A DNA stretch of 64,000 nt from an uncultured Fimbriimonadaceae bacterium (GTDB taxonomy: Bacteria; Armatimonadota; Fimbriimonadia; Fimbriimonadales; Fimbriimonadaceae), in assembly GCA_964451255.1 (NCBI GenBank), contig CAYVHL010000001.1, positions 1,161,252-1,225,251 on the forward strand. Reading direction: 5' to 3'. This document shows positions 26,205-36,265 of the stretch, piece by piece. The notes beneath the pieces are model-generated. The model was not told the origin of the DNA, did no database searches, and saw nothing but the letters and a program-made list of their open reading frames with translations. The position numbers and the translations under genes are program-made. Numbering within the stretch: position 1 is the first letter of the stretch; each line of letters starts with the position of its first letter.

Positions 26205-27125
26205 ATGGCGCAGCGTCTTCCGGACTGGTTGACGATCCGGCTCCCCAGGCCGGACACGATCAAAGAAGTCGAACAGATGATGAGGTCGAAGAACCTCCAT
26301 ACGGTCTGTGAAAGCGCCCGCTGTCCCAACCTGGCTGAATGCTGGAGCAAGAAGACCGCCACCTTCATGATCCTTGGCAACACCTGCACGAGGAGCTGTG
26401 GCTTTTGCGCGATCAAGGTCGGCCGTGGGGAAGAGGTCGACAAATTTGAGCCGGTCCATGTGGCCGAGACGGCCAAGACCATGGGCATGAAGCATGTGGT
26501 CGTGACCAGTGTCGCCCGGGACGACCTTCCCGACCAGGGGGCAGGGCAGTTCGCCCTGACGATCGACGCCCTCCACCGTGAGACGCCCGATGTGATCGTC
26601 GAAGTCCTCACCCCCGACTTCCGTGGCAACGAGGAGTGCGTCCGCACGGTCTGCGCCGCCCATCCCGAGATCTACAACCACAATATCGAGACAGTCGAAC
26701 GCCTCCACACGATTGTCCGCCCGCAGGCCAAGTACGCCCGCACGATGCGCCTCTTGCAAATGGTCAAGGAGATCGATCCGACCATCTACACCAAATCGGG
26801 GCTCATGCTCGGGCTCGGCGAGACCAAAGACGAAGTCGTTCGGGTGCTCCACGACCTTTATGGGCACGGCGTCGACGCCGTGACCATCGGGCAGTACCTT
26901 CGGCCGACGATGAAACACCTGCCCGTCGTCGAGTACGTCCACCCAGATGTCTTCAAGGAGTACGAGGAGATCGGCACCAAGATCGGTTTTGCGTTTGTGG
27001 CGAGCGCCCCGTTCGTCCGGTCGAGCTATAACGCGATCGCTTTTAGCGAGAAAGTGTTAGGCGAACGCTTGGCCCGGCTCGACGCGAATATGAAACGCCG
27101 TACCGAGTTGCCCCAGATCGTCTAA
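26205..27125 (+). CDS. lipA: lipoyl synthase
   Basis: 306 aa. Auxiliary cluster motif CESARCPNLAEC and radical-SAM motif CTRSCGFC. Confidence 0.97.
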   Translation: MAQRLPDWLTIRLPRPDTIKEVEQMMRSKNLHTVCESARCPNLAECWSKKTATFMILGNTCTRSCGFCAIKVGRGEEVDKFEPVHVAETAKTMGMKHVVVTSVARDDLPDQGAGQFALTIDALHRETPDVIVEVLTPDFRGNEECVRTVCAAHPEIYNHNIETVERLHTIVRPQAKYARTMRLLQMVKEIDPTIYTKSGLMLGLGETKDEVVRVLHDLYGHGVDAVTIGQYLRPTMKHLPVVEYVHPDVFKEYEEIGTKIGFAFVASAPFVRSSYNAIAFSEKVLGERLARLDANMKRRTELPQIV

Positions 27126-27194
27126 ACGGGGTGCTGAGTCGTCTAAATTGAATGCAAGGGGCCGACCCGCAGATTCACCGGCTCCAGAAGTACC

Positions 27195-30100
27195 GTGACC
27201 CGTTGGCTCTGGCGCTCGTTTCTCGGCCTTGTCCGCGTCGGCTTGGCGTGGATACCCGCCTTCCTGCTGGCGGCTTGGGGGGCAGCCTATGTGCGGGCAT
27301 GCGTGGTGACGGCGCTCGCCCCCGGAAACGCGGTCGTCCTCCGCTACGAGTCGTCTGCCGGAGTCGTCACCGTTCGCGCCGACTCTTACATCGCCAACAT
27401 CCAGACCCGGACGCTCTACTTGCGCGGTGTCTCGATCGTCGCGCCAGACGGGGTGACGGCCGGTCGTGCGACGGAAGCAGTCGTCACGCAAGCGGACACG
27501 GGCGCCAGCGTCAAGCTCAAGTCCGTCGAAGCGACGGTCGAGCGTGACGCCTCGGGCAATTTGAACGTCAAGGATCTCCTGCCCAAACCGTCCGGTCAAC
27601 CGGATACGGGCAAGGTCGAAGTCACGGTGGACAGGGCGGTGCTGGTGTTCCGTGACATGACCCTCGCCGAGCCGCTCGTGCACAGGTTTGTCGTGAAGGA
27701 CCTTGCTCTGGCCAGGGCAGACGGCGACACCCTGTTGTCGGCCGAAATCGAAGGGGCGACGAAGGTTTCCGCTTGGGCAAAGGCGGGGGGCGAATGGGCT
27801 GCCGATACTCGTCTTCTTGGGGGCGACTTTGGCTGGCTCATCCAACCTGCCAGCACGTTCCTTCCCAAAGAGGTGACGAAAATGTACGGGCCGATCCGCG
27901 CTGCGTCTCTCACGGGCAAAGGGAACATCCACCTGTCTGGCAGGGATGGAAAGGTGTCCGTCACCGGCGACGTGGCGTTTCGAGCTGGAGGCGTCTCGGT
28001 CGGCAAGACAATACGCGGCGCCATGGTGGACGCTGAGATACATGGCGGGCTGGATCGGGCCAGGGCCAAGGTCTCCATTCGGGAGGCCAATCGGCGGATA
28101 CAGTTTGAAGGGGTGGTCGCGGCAAAGGCCAAGTCACCGGAGATCAACGGCAACTTCGCGGTGTCCCTACGCTCGCGGGGTGACGTGTGGCCCGAACTTG
28201 CTGGCCCGCTCCCCAAAGACCTCAAGTGGGACCACGCGGTTTATTCCGGTTCGTTGAGGTGGGACGGAAGCGACTTCGCTGTCGCAGGCGACATCAAGGC
28301 GGACGGCGTCGAACTGGGTGGCCTCAAGTTCGGGAAACTGTCCGCGATGCTTGGCGTGACGCCTCGACGCATCGGTTTGTATGCAAATAACTTCGAGTTC
28401 TCCGGACTGACTTGGCGCGGCCGGTTCGACCTGGACACCAAGACCGGTGGATTGAACGGCCTTGCTGAGACACAAGATGATCTGGCCAGAGTTCTTCCAT
28501 CCGCGTCTGCCCGATCCCTTAGCCTGCCTGGACACGCGCAGATCATCGTCCGCGGAACAGTGGATCATCCAAAGGCGGTGCTGGATTCGACCGGCGTGCT
28601 CGCGTGGTGCCCCAACGGCGAGCCATCCGTCGAACTCGGAAAACTCTCGGCGCGCGCCACATTGGACGGCGACCGTGTCGTGATCGACCGCTGCCTATTG
28701 ATCGGAAACGCGGGGGCGGCCAAGGTTACGGGCACGATCGACGTCAAGAATCAAACCCTTGACTTGGCCGCATCCGTGCCTGGTGTGAGGATCGGTGCCT
28801 TTACCAAAATGGCGGACGGAAATTTGGCGGCGGACCTGCGGGTCATCGGCCCGTTCGACCACTGGCTCGTCGCAGGCCGCGTCGAGGGATACGGGGTGGA
28901 AACACAGGGGCTGACCATCCCTCAGATCGTCGCGGAGTTCAGCGGGGACGACAAAGCCGTTGATTTTAGCGATGTCAGGGCCCACGTGCTCGGCGGACAC
29001 GCGAGCGCCAAGGGACGTGTCGATGTGGAGCATTCGGCCCTCGATCTTGAGTTCAACGCCCAAGACCTTGACATTGGACGGCTGTCCCAGGATCAAATCG
29101 TAGGCCAGGTCGACCTGCACGACGGACGACTGACGGGAACATTCGATCATCCGGTCGTCCGTGCGTCAGCTGATTCCGTCGGACTTGTGGCGGGCGACGT
29201 ACGAGCAACCGACATCGTCGCCGACCTGAATGTGGACGGGGCCCTTGCCAGCTGTGTCGTTACAAGGGCGAAGGTGGGCGACGGACTGCTGACCGTCGAC
29301 GGATCTGTTGATTTGGAGACCATGGCGTCTTCCGCGGCAGGCGAGTGGAGAGGAGTCCGTCTCTCGTCGCTCAAGCCCAAAGCGCTCGACATGGTCACGG
29401 AGGGGACGACATCAGGGCGGTTCGCGTGGCAGGATCCTGGGTTCGGCCAACCTGTCGGCGAGGCGACGGTCAACATTGACGGCGCCAGCCTCAACCATCT
29501 GGAACTTGGGTCGGGCGACGGCAAGATCGCATTCGACGGCAGACACCTCTTAGCAACGGGATCGGTTGGCACCATAGATCGTTATGTACAGCTCAATAGC
29601 CTGGACTATAACGTAGACGACAACACTCTTGATGCGACTGGCGTCGTTTCGGAGTTCGGACTGCGGCAGGCGGTCGTGGCCGCCCTCGCCCAAAGCGACG
29701 ACGTCGACGACGACACCAGGGACTTGGTCAATTCTCTTGGCGGCAACGTGAGCGCCAGCATCTCGGTAAGCGGACGTCCAGACGCTTTGGTGTTCACTGT
29801 CCCACGGCTGACAGTCAACGATGTCACGGCCTTGGGCCATGGATTTGGATCAGCGGTCGCACGCGGCAAGTTTGGCGACGGCGCCTGGAGCTTGGACAGC
29901 CTGGTCTGGTCAAAGGGCGACGCGCATATCAACGGTGCTCTTGCCGTCGACCGGGCGAACAACCTGGCCGGCCTCATCGAAGTCGTCGGTGTTGAAATGG
30001 CGGATGTCGCAGCCTTGATCCCTGGCCTGGACATCGCCAAAGGCACGGCTTCGGGAGCCGTCTTACTTGCGGGCAAGCCCGACGCGCCAGAAGCACGGGG

Positions 30101-31712
30101 TTCCGCCAAGTTGGACAGGGTCACGCTCGTTGATGGGACGGGTAAGCCCGTCGACATACCGCTCAGCGTCAACGCTTCGGAGATCGATTGGCGGAACGGG
30201 CTTATGGCCGCCGCAGGTGATTTCACCGTGGCGACCGGGCAAGTCCAGGGAGGGGTCACCGGAAGCTTCCAGTTGAGGTTGCCCACCGTGGGTTGGGGCC
30301 TTGACAGGAACCGTGCCGTAGGCGTCGACGCCACACTGGACAATCGACCGCTCGCCGCCTTTGGCGGCCTTTGGCCAGAGATCGAGGAGGCCGGCACAAA
30401 CGGCACGGTATCTGCGGAGGTTCATGTCAGTTCGAAGTTGGGCGACATTCAGCTTGGTGGGAACATCAAAGTCGGTGCCGACGAACAGGGTCGGAGCACC
30501 CTCAAGCTCAAGTCGTCCCCCAAGCCGTTGGAAAACGTCTTGGCCGAGGCTTCCCTTAGCGGCCAGTCGGCCAGGGTGACCGCCTCAGCGTCGGGGCCGT
30601 TCGGCGGTTCGGCGAAGCTGACGGCGATGATCGACGCGAAAGGAGCGCTCAGTCAGGCGTTTAGCCCGGACAACCTCATTTCAGCGACGGAGTTGGACGG
30701 CGCGCTCAGTCTGGAGAACCTGCAGTGGCGGGGAAAGATCAACGGAGCGGACAAAGATTCGACTTTCACAGTCAACGGAGATGTGACCGCCAAGGGCCCT
30801 GTGAGCGAGCCGACGGTCGGCGGACGGTTACAACTCAAGGGGGTCGCGCTGAACCTCCCGTCTGGCGTCGAACAAGGGCCGCCCCCGACGAAACCGCTTC
30901 TGGACCCGGTCTTTGACAACGTGACCGTCGTCACCGACCATGGGACCCAGGTCAATGTCGCGGCTGCTTCAGTCAACGTCTATGGCACCGGGTCGCTGAC
31001 CGGCAGCCTCTCTGACCCGCGGTTCACCGCCGATCTTGGACTCGATAGCGGAACCTTGCGCCTGCCCACGAACAGGATCACGCTGGAAGACAGCAGCCGG
31101 ATTCGGATACTGGCAGAAGGGCCGCAACCGACCGTTCGGGTCGATGTCGACCTTACCGGTCACACAGTGGCGACGGCCCGTCAAGCTACCGACGTATACC
31201 AGACATACTTGATAGCCCTCGATATTAAAGGCAATTTGGTAGGTGAAGAACCTTTACAGATCACGGGAACCAGTGACCCGCCTGATCTGACCAACGACCA
31301 GATAAGGGCCATCCTGGGTGAGCAGCAGCTCATCGAGTCGCTGGCGAGAGGGGCGCTTGGACAGGCGACCTCATCCGACCTAAGGGACAGCTTTTACTCG
31401 GTGGCCGTGCCGTCGCTGACCGCAGGACTCACAGACAATTTGGCGCAGGGCCTCAAGTTAGATTATTTGGTGTTGGACTACAACCCCTTCGACCAAGCGG
31501 TCCTTCGACTGGGCAAATCGTTGGGAAAGGGGCTGATGCTGCAGGCGTCCCGTCAGCTCGTGCAGCCCACATTCGGGCCGATCAAATACGAATTCAGGCT
31601 GAGTTACCGTCCTCCTTTCAAGGACCAGTTCTTCAGCCGGATCCGTTTCAGCCTGTCCCACGACCAAGAGGTTCCCTGGAAGATCGGCGTCGGTTGGTCG
31701 TTCCGTTTTTAG
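27195..31712 (+). CDS. tamB: translocation and assembly module protein TamB (AsmA-like, DUF490 C-terminus)
   Basis: 1505 aa with a GTG start. N-terminal TM anchor, a long beta-rich body, and a C-terminus ending ...WKIGVGWSFRF. It lies immediately upstream of an Omp85 gene. Confidence 0.85.
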   Translation: MTRWLWRSFLGLVRVGLAWIPAFLLAAWGAAYVRACVVTALAPGNAVVLRYESSAGVVTVRADSYIANIQTRTLYLRGVSIVAPDGVTAGRATEAVVTQADTGASVKLKSVEATVERDASGNLNVKDLLPKPSGQPDTGKVEVTVDRAVLVFRDMTLAEPLVHRFVVKDLALARADGDTLLSAEIEGATKVSAWAKAGGEWAADTRLLGGDFGWLIQPASTFLPKEVTKMYGPIRAASLTGKGNIHLSGRDGKVSVTGDVAFRAGGVSVGKTIRGAMVDAEIHGGLDRARAKVSIREANRRIQFEGVVAAKAKSPEINGNFAVSLRSRGDVWPELAGPLPKDLKWDHAVYSGSLRWDGSDFAVAGDIKADGVELGGLKFGKLSAMLGVTPRRIGLYANNFEFSGLTWRGRFDLDTKTGGLNGLAETQDDLARVLPSASARSLSLPGHAQIIVRGTVDHPKAVLDSTGVLAWCPNGEPSVELGKLSARATLDGDRVVIDRCLLIGNAGAAKVTGTIDVKNQTLDLAASVPGVRIGAFTKMADGNLAADLRVIGPFDHWLVAGRVEGYGVETQGLTIPQIVAEFSGDDKAVDFSDVRAHVLGGHASAKGRVDVEHSALDLEFNAQDLDIGRLSQDQIVGQVDLHDGRLTGTFDHPVVRASADSVGLVAGDVRATDIVADLNVDGALASCVVTRAKVGDGLLTVDGSVDLETMASSAAGEWRGVRLSSLKPKALDMVTEGTTSGRFAWQDPGFGQPVGEATVNIDGASLNHLELGSGDGKIAFDGRHLLATGSVGTIDRYVQLNSLDYNVDDNTLDATGVVSEFGLRQAVVAALAQSDDVDDDTRDLVNSLGGNVSASISVSGRPDALVFTVPRLTVNDVTALGHGFGSAVARGKFGDGAWSLDSLVWSKGDAHINGALAVDRANNLAGLIEVVGVEMADVAALIPGLDIAKGTASGAVLLAGKPDAPEARGSAKLDRVTLVDGTGKPVDIPLSVNASEIDWRNGLMAAAGDFTVATGQVQGGVTGSFQLRLPTVGWGLDRNRAVGVDATLDNRPLAAFGGLWPEIEEAGTNGTVSAEVHVSSKLGDIQLGGNIKVGADEQGRSTLKLKSSPKPLENVLAEASLSGQSARVTASASGPFGGSAKLTAMIDAKGALSQAFSPDNLISATELDGALSLENLQWRGKINGADKDSTFTVNGDVTAKGPVSEPTVGGRLQLKGVALNLPSGVEQGPPPTKPLLDPVFDNVTVVTDHGTQVNVAAASVNVYGTGSLTGSLSDPRFTADLGLDSGTLRLPTNRITLEDSSRIRILAEGPQPTVRVDVDLTGHTVATARQATDVYQTYLIALDIKGNLVGEEPLQITGTSDPPDLTNDQIRAILGEQQLIESLARGALGQATSSDLRDSFYSVAVPSLTAGLTDNLAQGLKLDYLVLDYNPFDQAVLRLGKSLGKGLMLQASRQLVQPTFGPIKYEFRLSYRPPFKDQFFSRIRFSLSHDQEVPWKIGVGWSFRF

Positions 31713-31789
31713 CTGGTCGGGACCCTGAAAGTATCGCCGGGGTAAGGTGCTCGTCTAAACTACCGATTCGGGTCGGGTGTAGGGAAGGA

Positions 31790-33610
31790 ATGGTAATGCG
31801 TCGATTCTTCGGGGCGGTCATGCTGGCCGTGATGGCTGCTGCCGTATGGGCTCAGACCCAGACCGTCACCAAGGTCACCGTAAGCGGAAACAAGGAGATC
31901 AGCGAGGCGGCGATCTTGGCGGCGATGAGCCTGAAGCCTGGCTCGACGTTCTCCGAGGACGCCCGAAAGGCCGATGAGCAGAAGATTCTGGACCTCGGCT
32001 ACTTCCGCGATGCAAAGGTACTCCAGTGGCCAGGGAACGACCAGAACATCGAGCTCAAAGTCGAAGTCAGCGAGTATCCCGTGATCAAGGAGGTTCGCAT
32101 CACGGGCAATATCGCCGTCAAGGCGTCGGACATCCAAAAGGCGGTGGAAGGCGTCCAGCAGATGGGCAAGATATGGACCAACCGCAACGCGACCCCCATC
32201 AAGGACGCGGTCAAGGCCCTTTATGAGAAGGCGGGCATCTTCGTCGATTTCGAGATGGTCGGCCCACAACCCGAGTCTCCGGGCACGCTGACCGTCGCGG
32301 TGCTGGAGCCGAGTATCGAGCAGATCAAGTTCACAGGGCTCGTCCGCACGAAGCCACAGACGATCAAGCGGATGATGAAGTCAAAGCCTGGCGGCACCTT
32401 CAACCGAGAACTTCTCCGTAGCGACCTTTACGGCCTGGCCGCCACCCAGTGGTTTGAGGACATCAAACCTGACGCGACATTGGGTGACCGTCCGGGCGCG
32501 TGGGATGTGACAATCGATTTCAAGGAGGCTCGCACCGCCCAGATCAACGCCGGCATCGCGCTGGATCCGCAGAGCCGCATAGTCGGCACGCTCAGCTACG
32601 GTGACTCGAACTTCAAGGGCTTAGGTCAGAGCGTCGGCGTCCAACTGAGCCAGGCGACAGTCGGCGGCGGGCCCAGCGCAGAGTTCGGGTTCAACAACCG
32701 TTTTTACGACTCCAAGGACACGTCGATGACTTTCCGACTGTTCAGCAAAGTCGTTTACAACTTTACGGGCAACGGTCTGTTTGGCGAAAGCGGCTCCGAT
32801 GACACCGCCGACAGGTTCGACGAACGCCGCACCGGGTTCCAATTGAGCTTCAGCCGACCAGAAGGCAAGCGCTATCGGATCAACCTGGGCGTCCAAGCGC
32901 GGAACTCGCGGACGATCGACCTCCAGACAACCGGGACGGAGAACTTCATCCAACAGGACGGTGACCTCGCCACACTGAGCATCGGGGGAGAATACGACAC
33001 GACATACGGTGGGGCCGACCCCTACAGCGGCGAGAACATTCGCCTGACCCTCGAGCCCGGCTACAGCAACATCACCCAGATTGGCGGCAATGTGGCGTCC
33101 AACCAAGACCTGTTGGGCACGTCGACTTTCCTACGCACGACCCTCGAATTTCGCAAGTACTGGTCCAAAGCGCCGAAACCGAAGAAGAACGCCGACCCCA
33201 ACGAGGACATCAGCATCGCTCCCCGGCCGGTCATCGCGTTCCGCGCCAGATATGGCTACATCACCGGTAAGGTTCCGTTCTTCGAGCAGCTCTTCGTCGG
33301 TGGCGCCGATTCACTGCGCGGTTACACGAACCAAAGGTTCTGGGGCAACCAATCGTTTCTGGCGACCGTTGAGTACCGGCACCCGATCCAGAAGAACTTC
33401 TCCCTTGCCGCATTCACCGACTACGGTGGAGCCTGGGGCGGCTACGGCGAGCTAAACGGATTTGAACAGAGCCAAAGCCCTAACCTGCACCTTGGCTACG
33501 GCCTCGGAATCATCTTCAGAGTCCAGCAGCTGGGCTCCATCCGCATCGACTTCGCCTTCAACCAAGAGGGCGGATCCAGGACCCACTTCTCATTTGGACA
33601 GAGTTTCTGA
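31790..33610 (+). CDS. bamA: Omp85-family outer membrane protein assembly factor (BamA/TamA-like) with POTRA repeats
   Basis: ORF 31694..33610 trimmed to the ATG at 31790 (MVMRRFFGAVMLAVMAAAVWAQ, AGGGAAGG upstream). POTRA-like repeats and a C-terminal beta-barrel ending ...FSFGQSF. Confidence 0.9.
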   Translation: MVMRRFFGAVMLAVMAAAVWAQTQTVTKVTVSGNKEISEAAILAAMSLKPGSTFSEDARKADEQKILDLGYFRDAKVLQWPGNDQNIELKVEVSEYPVIKEVRITGNIAVKASDIQKAVEGVQQMGKIWTNRNATPIKDAVKALYEKAGIFVDFEMVGPQPESPGTLTVAVLEPSIEQIKFTGLVRTKPQTIKRMMKSKPGGTFNRELLRSDLYGLAATQWFEDIKPDATLGDRPGAWDVTIDFKEARTAQINAGIALDPQSRIVGTLSYGDSNFKGLGQSVGVQLSQATVGGGPSAEFGFNNRFYDSKDTSMTFRLFSKVVYNFTGNGLFGESGSDDTADRFDERRTGFQLSFSRPEGKRYRINLGVQARNSRTIDLQTTGTENFIQQDGDLATLSIGGEYDTTYGGADPYSGENIRLTLEPGYSNITQIGGNVASNQDLLGTSTFLRTTLEFRKYWSKAPKPKKNADPNEDISIAPRPVIAFRARYGYITGKVPFFEQLFVGGADSLRGYTNQRFWGNQSFLATVEYRHPIQKNFSLAAFTDYGGAWGGYGELNGFEQSQSPNLHLGYGLGIIFRVQQLGSIRIDFAFNQEGGSRTHFSFGQSF

Positions 33611-33649
33611 AACTGGTGCTAAATAGAGAAGTCGGAAGGTAAGAACGAT

Positions 33650-34288
33650 ATGAGCAAAAGGAACGTCCTCGTCGTGGCAGCGGCCGGCCTCATCGGCCTC
33701 GCTCTTCTGGCAGCATCTGGTTTCCAAGGACAACCGGACAAGTTTGCCGTCGTCGACATGAACAGACTGATGAACGATAGCAAGCGTGGCGCCAAGGTGC
33801 GCGACTCCTTGCAATCCGACTTCCGTCAGCGCGCAGGCATCCTCGACTTCTTGAACACCAACGACGTCGCTACGCAAGAGCAGGCGAACCAGTTGAAGCA
33901 ACTGACCCTGAAAGACAATCCGACTGACGCGGACAAGGGTTCGGTTGAGAAGATCAAGGACGACATCAAGAAGGCGGTCAAGGAATTCAACGACCTCAAC
34001 GTCAAGAGCAACCCGACCGACACCGACCGCAATCGCATGGTCGAGCTCAACGGCTTGCGCAGCGCGGTCAAAGAGAAGATCATTCCGCAGATGCAGAAGG
34101 ACTTCGACGACGAATTCAACGCCGAAAAGAGCAAGATGCAGAACGACCTTCTGGAAGCGGCAAAAGCGGCGGTCAAAGATGTCGCTGGCAAGAAGGGCGT
34201 GACGATGGTCTTCGAGTCCAGCGTGGTCATGTTCTCGGCCAACGATTTGACCGACGACGCCATCAAGTCGATGAATGCCAAGGCCTGA
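33650..34288 (+). CDS. skp: OmpH/Skp-family periplasmic chaperone
   Basis: 212 aa. Signal peptide, then FAVVDMNRLMNDSKRGAKVRDSLQ and a long Lys/Asp/Glu-rich helical region. In the canonical position after bamA. Confidence 0.85.
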   Translation: MSKRNVLVVAAAGLIGLALLAASGFQGQPDKFAVVDMNRLMNDSKRGAKVRDSLQSDFRQRAGILDFLNTNDVATQEQANQLKQLTLKDNPTDADKGSVEKIKDDIKKAVKEFNDLNVKSNPTDTDRNRMVELNGLRSAVKEKIIPQMQKDFDDEFNAEKSKMQNDLLEAAKAAVKDVAGKKGVTMVFESSVVMFSANDLTDDAIKSMNAKA

Positions 34289-35261
34289 CGAAAGTCGCGC
34301 TTTCCTTTGGCTCTTCGTCGCGATGGCCGTGTCTGGGTGCGCCCCTCGGCCCGAACCTGTCCGCATCACCGCGGCCTTGGCACCAGCGGCCACCCGGCCA
34401 TCTGGTGACGGGCTCTCCTTTTCGAAGACCCTGCCTGGTCAGACGCGGACGTTCACCGCGATGCCTTCTGATTCGGTCGCGTCCCAACTGGACGCGAACA
34501 AGGTCGCGGACGCCCTTGAGAAATTGGCCGACGACCAGCGCAAGGAGCTCGCGCAGCTGACGGAAAGGCTGTATGGAGCCAAGCTCGAACTGATACAAGC
34601 CCGAAGAGCCGAAGACGTGGCGGCGGCGAAGGAAGCCTATGCAGAGGCCAGGGCACGGGTTCTTGAAAAGGTCAGGGAGGCGTTTCACGACCAGGCGCCA
34701 GTAGTAGGAGGCGACCGCACCAAACTGGCGGGCATTGTCGGCTTACCAGACCCGGACCCGGCCTCCAAGCGTAAGGCCAAGAAGGGTGACCCTCAAGCTG
34801 AGGCCGACCTGGAGAGGGCGACGAGGCTTCGCGGCAAGATCAAATCACAAGAGGAGGCCTTCTGGGCCGAAGTGGAGCGCCTGGTCTCACCGGTTAGAGG
34901 GGCCTTCGTCGACAATCTCCGACAAATGGCGGCGAAGTACGACATCGCGGCCGAACAGGCCAGGAAGGACGCGAGGGTCGAGGCCCAAGACGTCCTCAGC
35001 GGGGCAAGCAGCGAAATCGAGACACCTACGGTTGATCTGGGCGTCTTCATGCCTGCTGTCCCGGCCCAGAGCACGACCGTCCCCGCCTTGTCCGTCTCGG
35101 GAAGCGCGGCCATGACTAGGAAATCGCCGGCTGTCCAGGATTCGCCAGCCGTCGCAGTCTTCCTGCGTCTCAGAAACTATCGTCTCGCTAAGCCGGGCGA
35201 GACAGCCAAAGACGTCACCGCAGAGTTTGAAAAATGGAAAGAAAGGTACAGCGCACGCTAG
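34275..35261 (+). CDS. hypothetical lipoprotein with coiled-coil region
   Basis: 328 aa. Lipobox-like LFVAMAVSGC. Ala/Glu/Arg/Lys-rich helical middle. Overlaps skp by 14 nt and lpxD by 28 nt. Confidence 0.6.
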   Translation: MPRPDESRAFLWLFVAMAVSGCAPRPEPVRITAALAPAATRPSGDGLSFSKTLPGQTRTFTAMPSDSVASQLDANKVADALEKLADDQRKELAQLTERLYGAKLELIQARRAEDVAAAKEAYAEARARVLEKVREAFHDQAPVVGGDRTKLAGIVGLPDPDPASKRKAKKGDPQAEADLERATRLRGKIKSQEEAFWAEVERLVSPVRGAFVDNLRQMAAKYDIAAEQARKDARVEAQDVLSGASSEIETPTVDLGVFMPAVPAQSTTVPALSVSGSAAMTRKSPAVQDSPAVAVFLRLRNYRLAKPGETAKDVTAEFEKWKERYSAR

Positions 35262-36265
35262 GGGAGATCGCAGGCTTGGTGGGCGGAGTCGTGTCCGGCG
35301 ACCCCTCACTGGTGGTCGCTGGGCCGGTGCCCGCTGGCAGCGACGACAGCGAGGGCATCACGTTCGCCGCGGATGAGAAGTACCTGTCCAAGGCCTTGGA
35401 CTCGGGTGTGGGGGCGATCATCGCTTGGGCCGACGCTGATCTGGCAGGGCGCCCCGGCATCTTGGTCGAAGACCCCCGACGCGCCTTTGGCGCGTTGCTC
35501 GCCATGTCCGCGAGACCCTTGCGGACTACCCCGGGAACCCACCCGACCGCCGTCGTCTCTCCGGACGCGTCCCTCGGCGAAGGATGCTCTGTCGGCGCAT
35601 ATGTCGTGGTGGACGGCGACGCAGACATCGGGGCTGGCTGTGTCCTCATGCCCTTCGCGTACGTCGGGCCAGGGTGTCGACTTGGCGCCGGCACCGTGCT
35701 GATGCCCCACGCCGTGCTAGTCCAAGACGTCCGGCTGGGGACGAACTGTATCGTTCACCCAGGGGCGGTTCTCGGAGCCGACGGGTTCGGGTTCGTCTGG
35801 GACGGGACCAAGCAGATCAAGGTGCCACAGGTGGGGGGCGTCGCCGTCGGCGACGACGTGGAGATCGGCGCTAACACCTGTGTGGACCGCGCCACATGCG
35901 GCGACACGTCCCTCGCGTCCGATGTCAAGCTGGACGACCTCGTCATGGTCGCCCACAATGTCTCGATCGGTCGGAGCTCGGTCGTGGCCTCGTTGGCGGG
36001 CGTCGCCGGCAGTAGCAGCATTGGTGCGCGCGTGACGGTAGGCGGCCAAGTGGCGATCGCAGACCACGTCGCCATCGGTGACGACATCGCCCTCGGTGGG
36101 CGCACGGGTGTCATGAACGACATGGACGAACCTGGCGTCTACCTCGGCACCCCGGCGACCCAGATCAAGAAGGCCATCCGCATCATGGCCCTGTCTCTCA
36201 AGCTTCCCGAACTCTTCCAACGGGTACGCGAGTTAGAAGAGTCGCTCAAGAGGCCAAGGGATTGA
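35234..36265 (+). CDS. lpxD: UDP-3-O-acylglucosamine N-acyltransferase
   Basis: 343 aa. N-terminal TLGEIAGLVGG..., a long left-handed beta-helix of hexapeptide repeats, and a C-terminal helix. Confidence 0.92.
   Translation: MERKVQRTLGEIAGLVGGVVSGDPSLVVAGPVPAGSDDSEGITFAADEKYLSKALDSGVGAIIAWADADLAGRPGILVEDPRRAFGALLAMSARPLRTTPGTHPTAVVSPDASLGEGCSVGAYVVVDGDADIGAGCVLMPFAYVGPGCRLGAGTVLMPHAVLVQDVRLGTNCIVHPGAVLGADGFGFVWDGTKQIKVPQVGGVAVGDDVEIGANTCVDRATCGDTSLASDVKLDDLVMVAHNVSIGRSSVVASLAGVAGSSSIGARVTVGGQVAIADHVAIGDDIALGGRTGVMNDMDEPGVYLGTPATQIKKAIRIMALSLKLPELFQRVRELEESLKRPRD

Noticed and set aside
26191-26207. TACAAT hexamer 8 nt upstream of the lipA ATG as a leaderless-type promoter
   Set aside because: There is no acceptable -35 element at 16-18 nt (the sequence there is CGGGGA), and the spacing to the ATG is ambiguous. 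The evidence is too weak to report as a feature.
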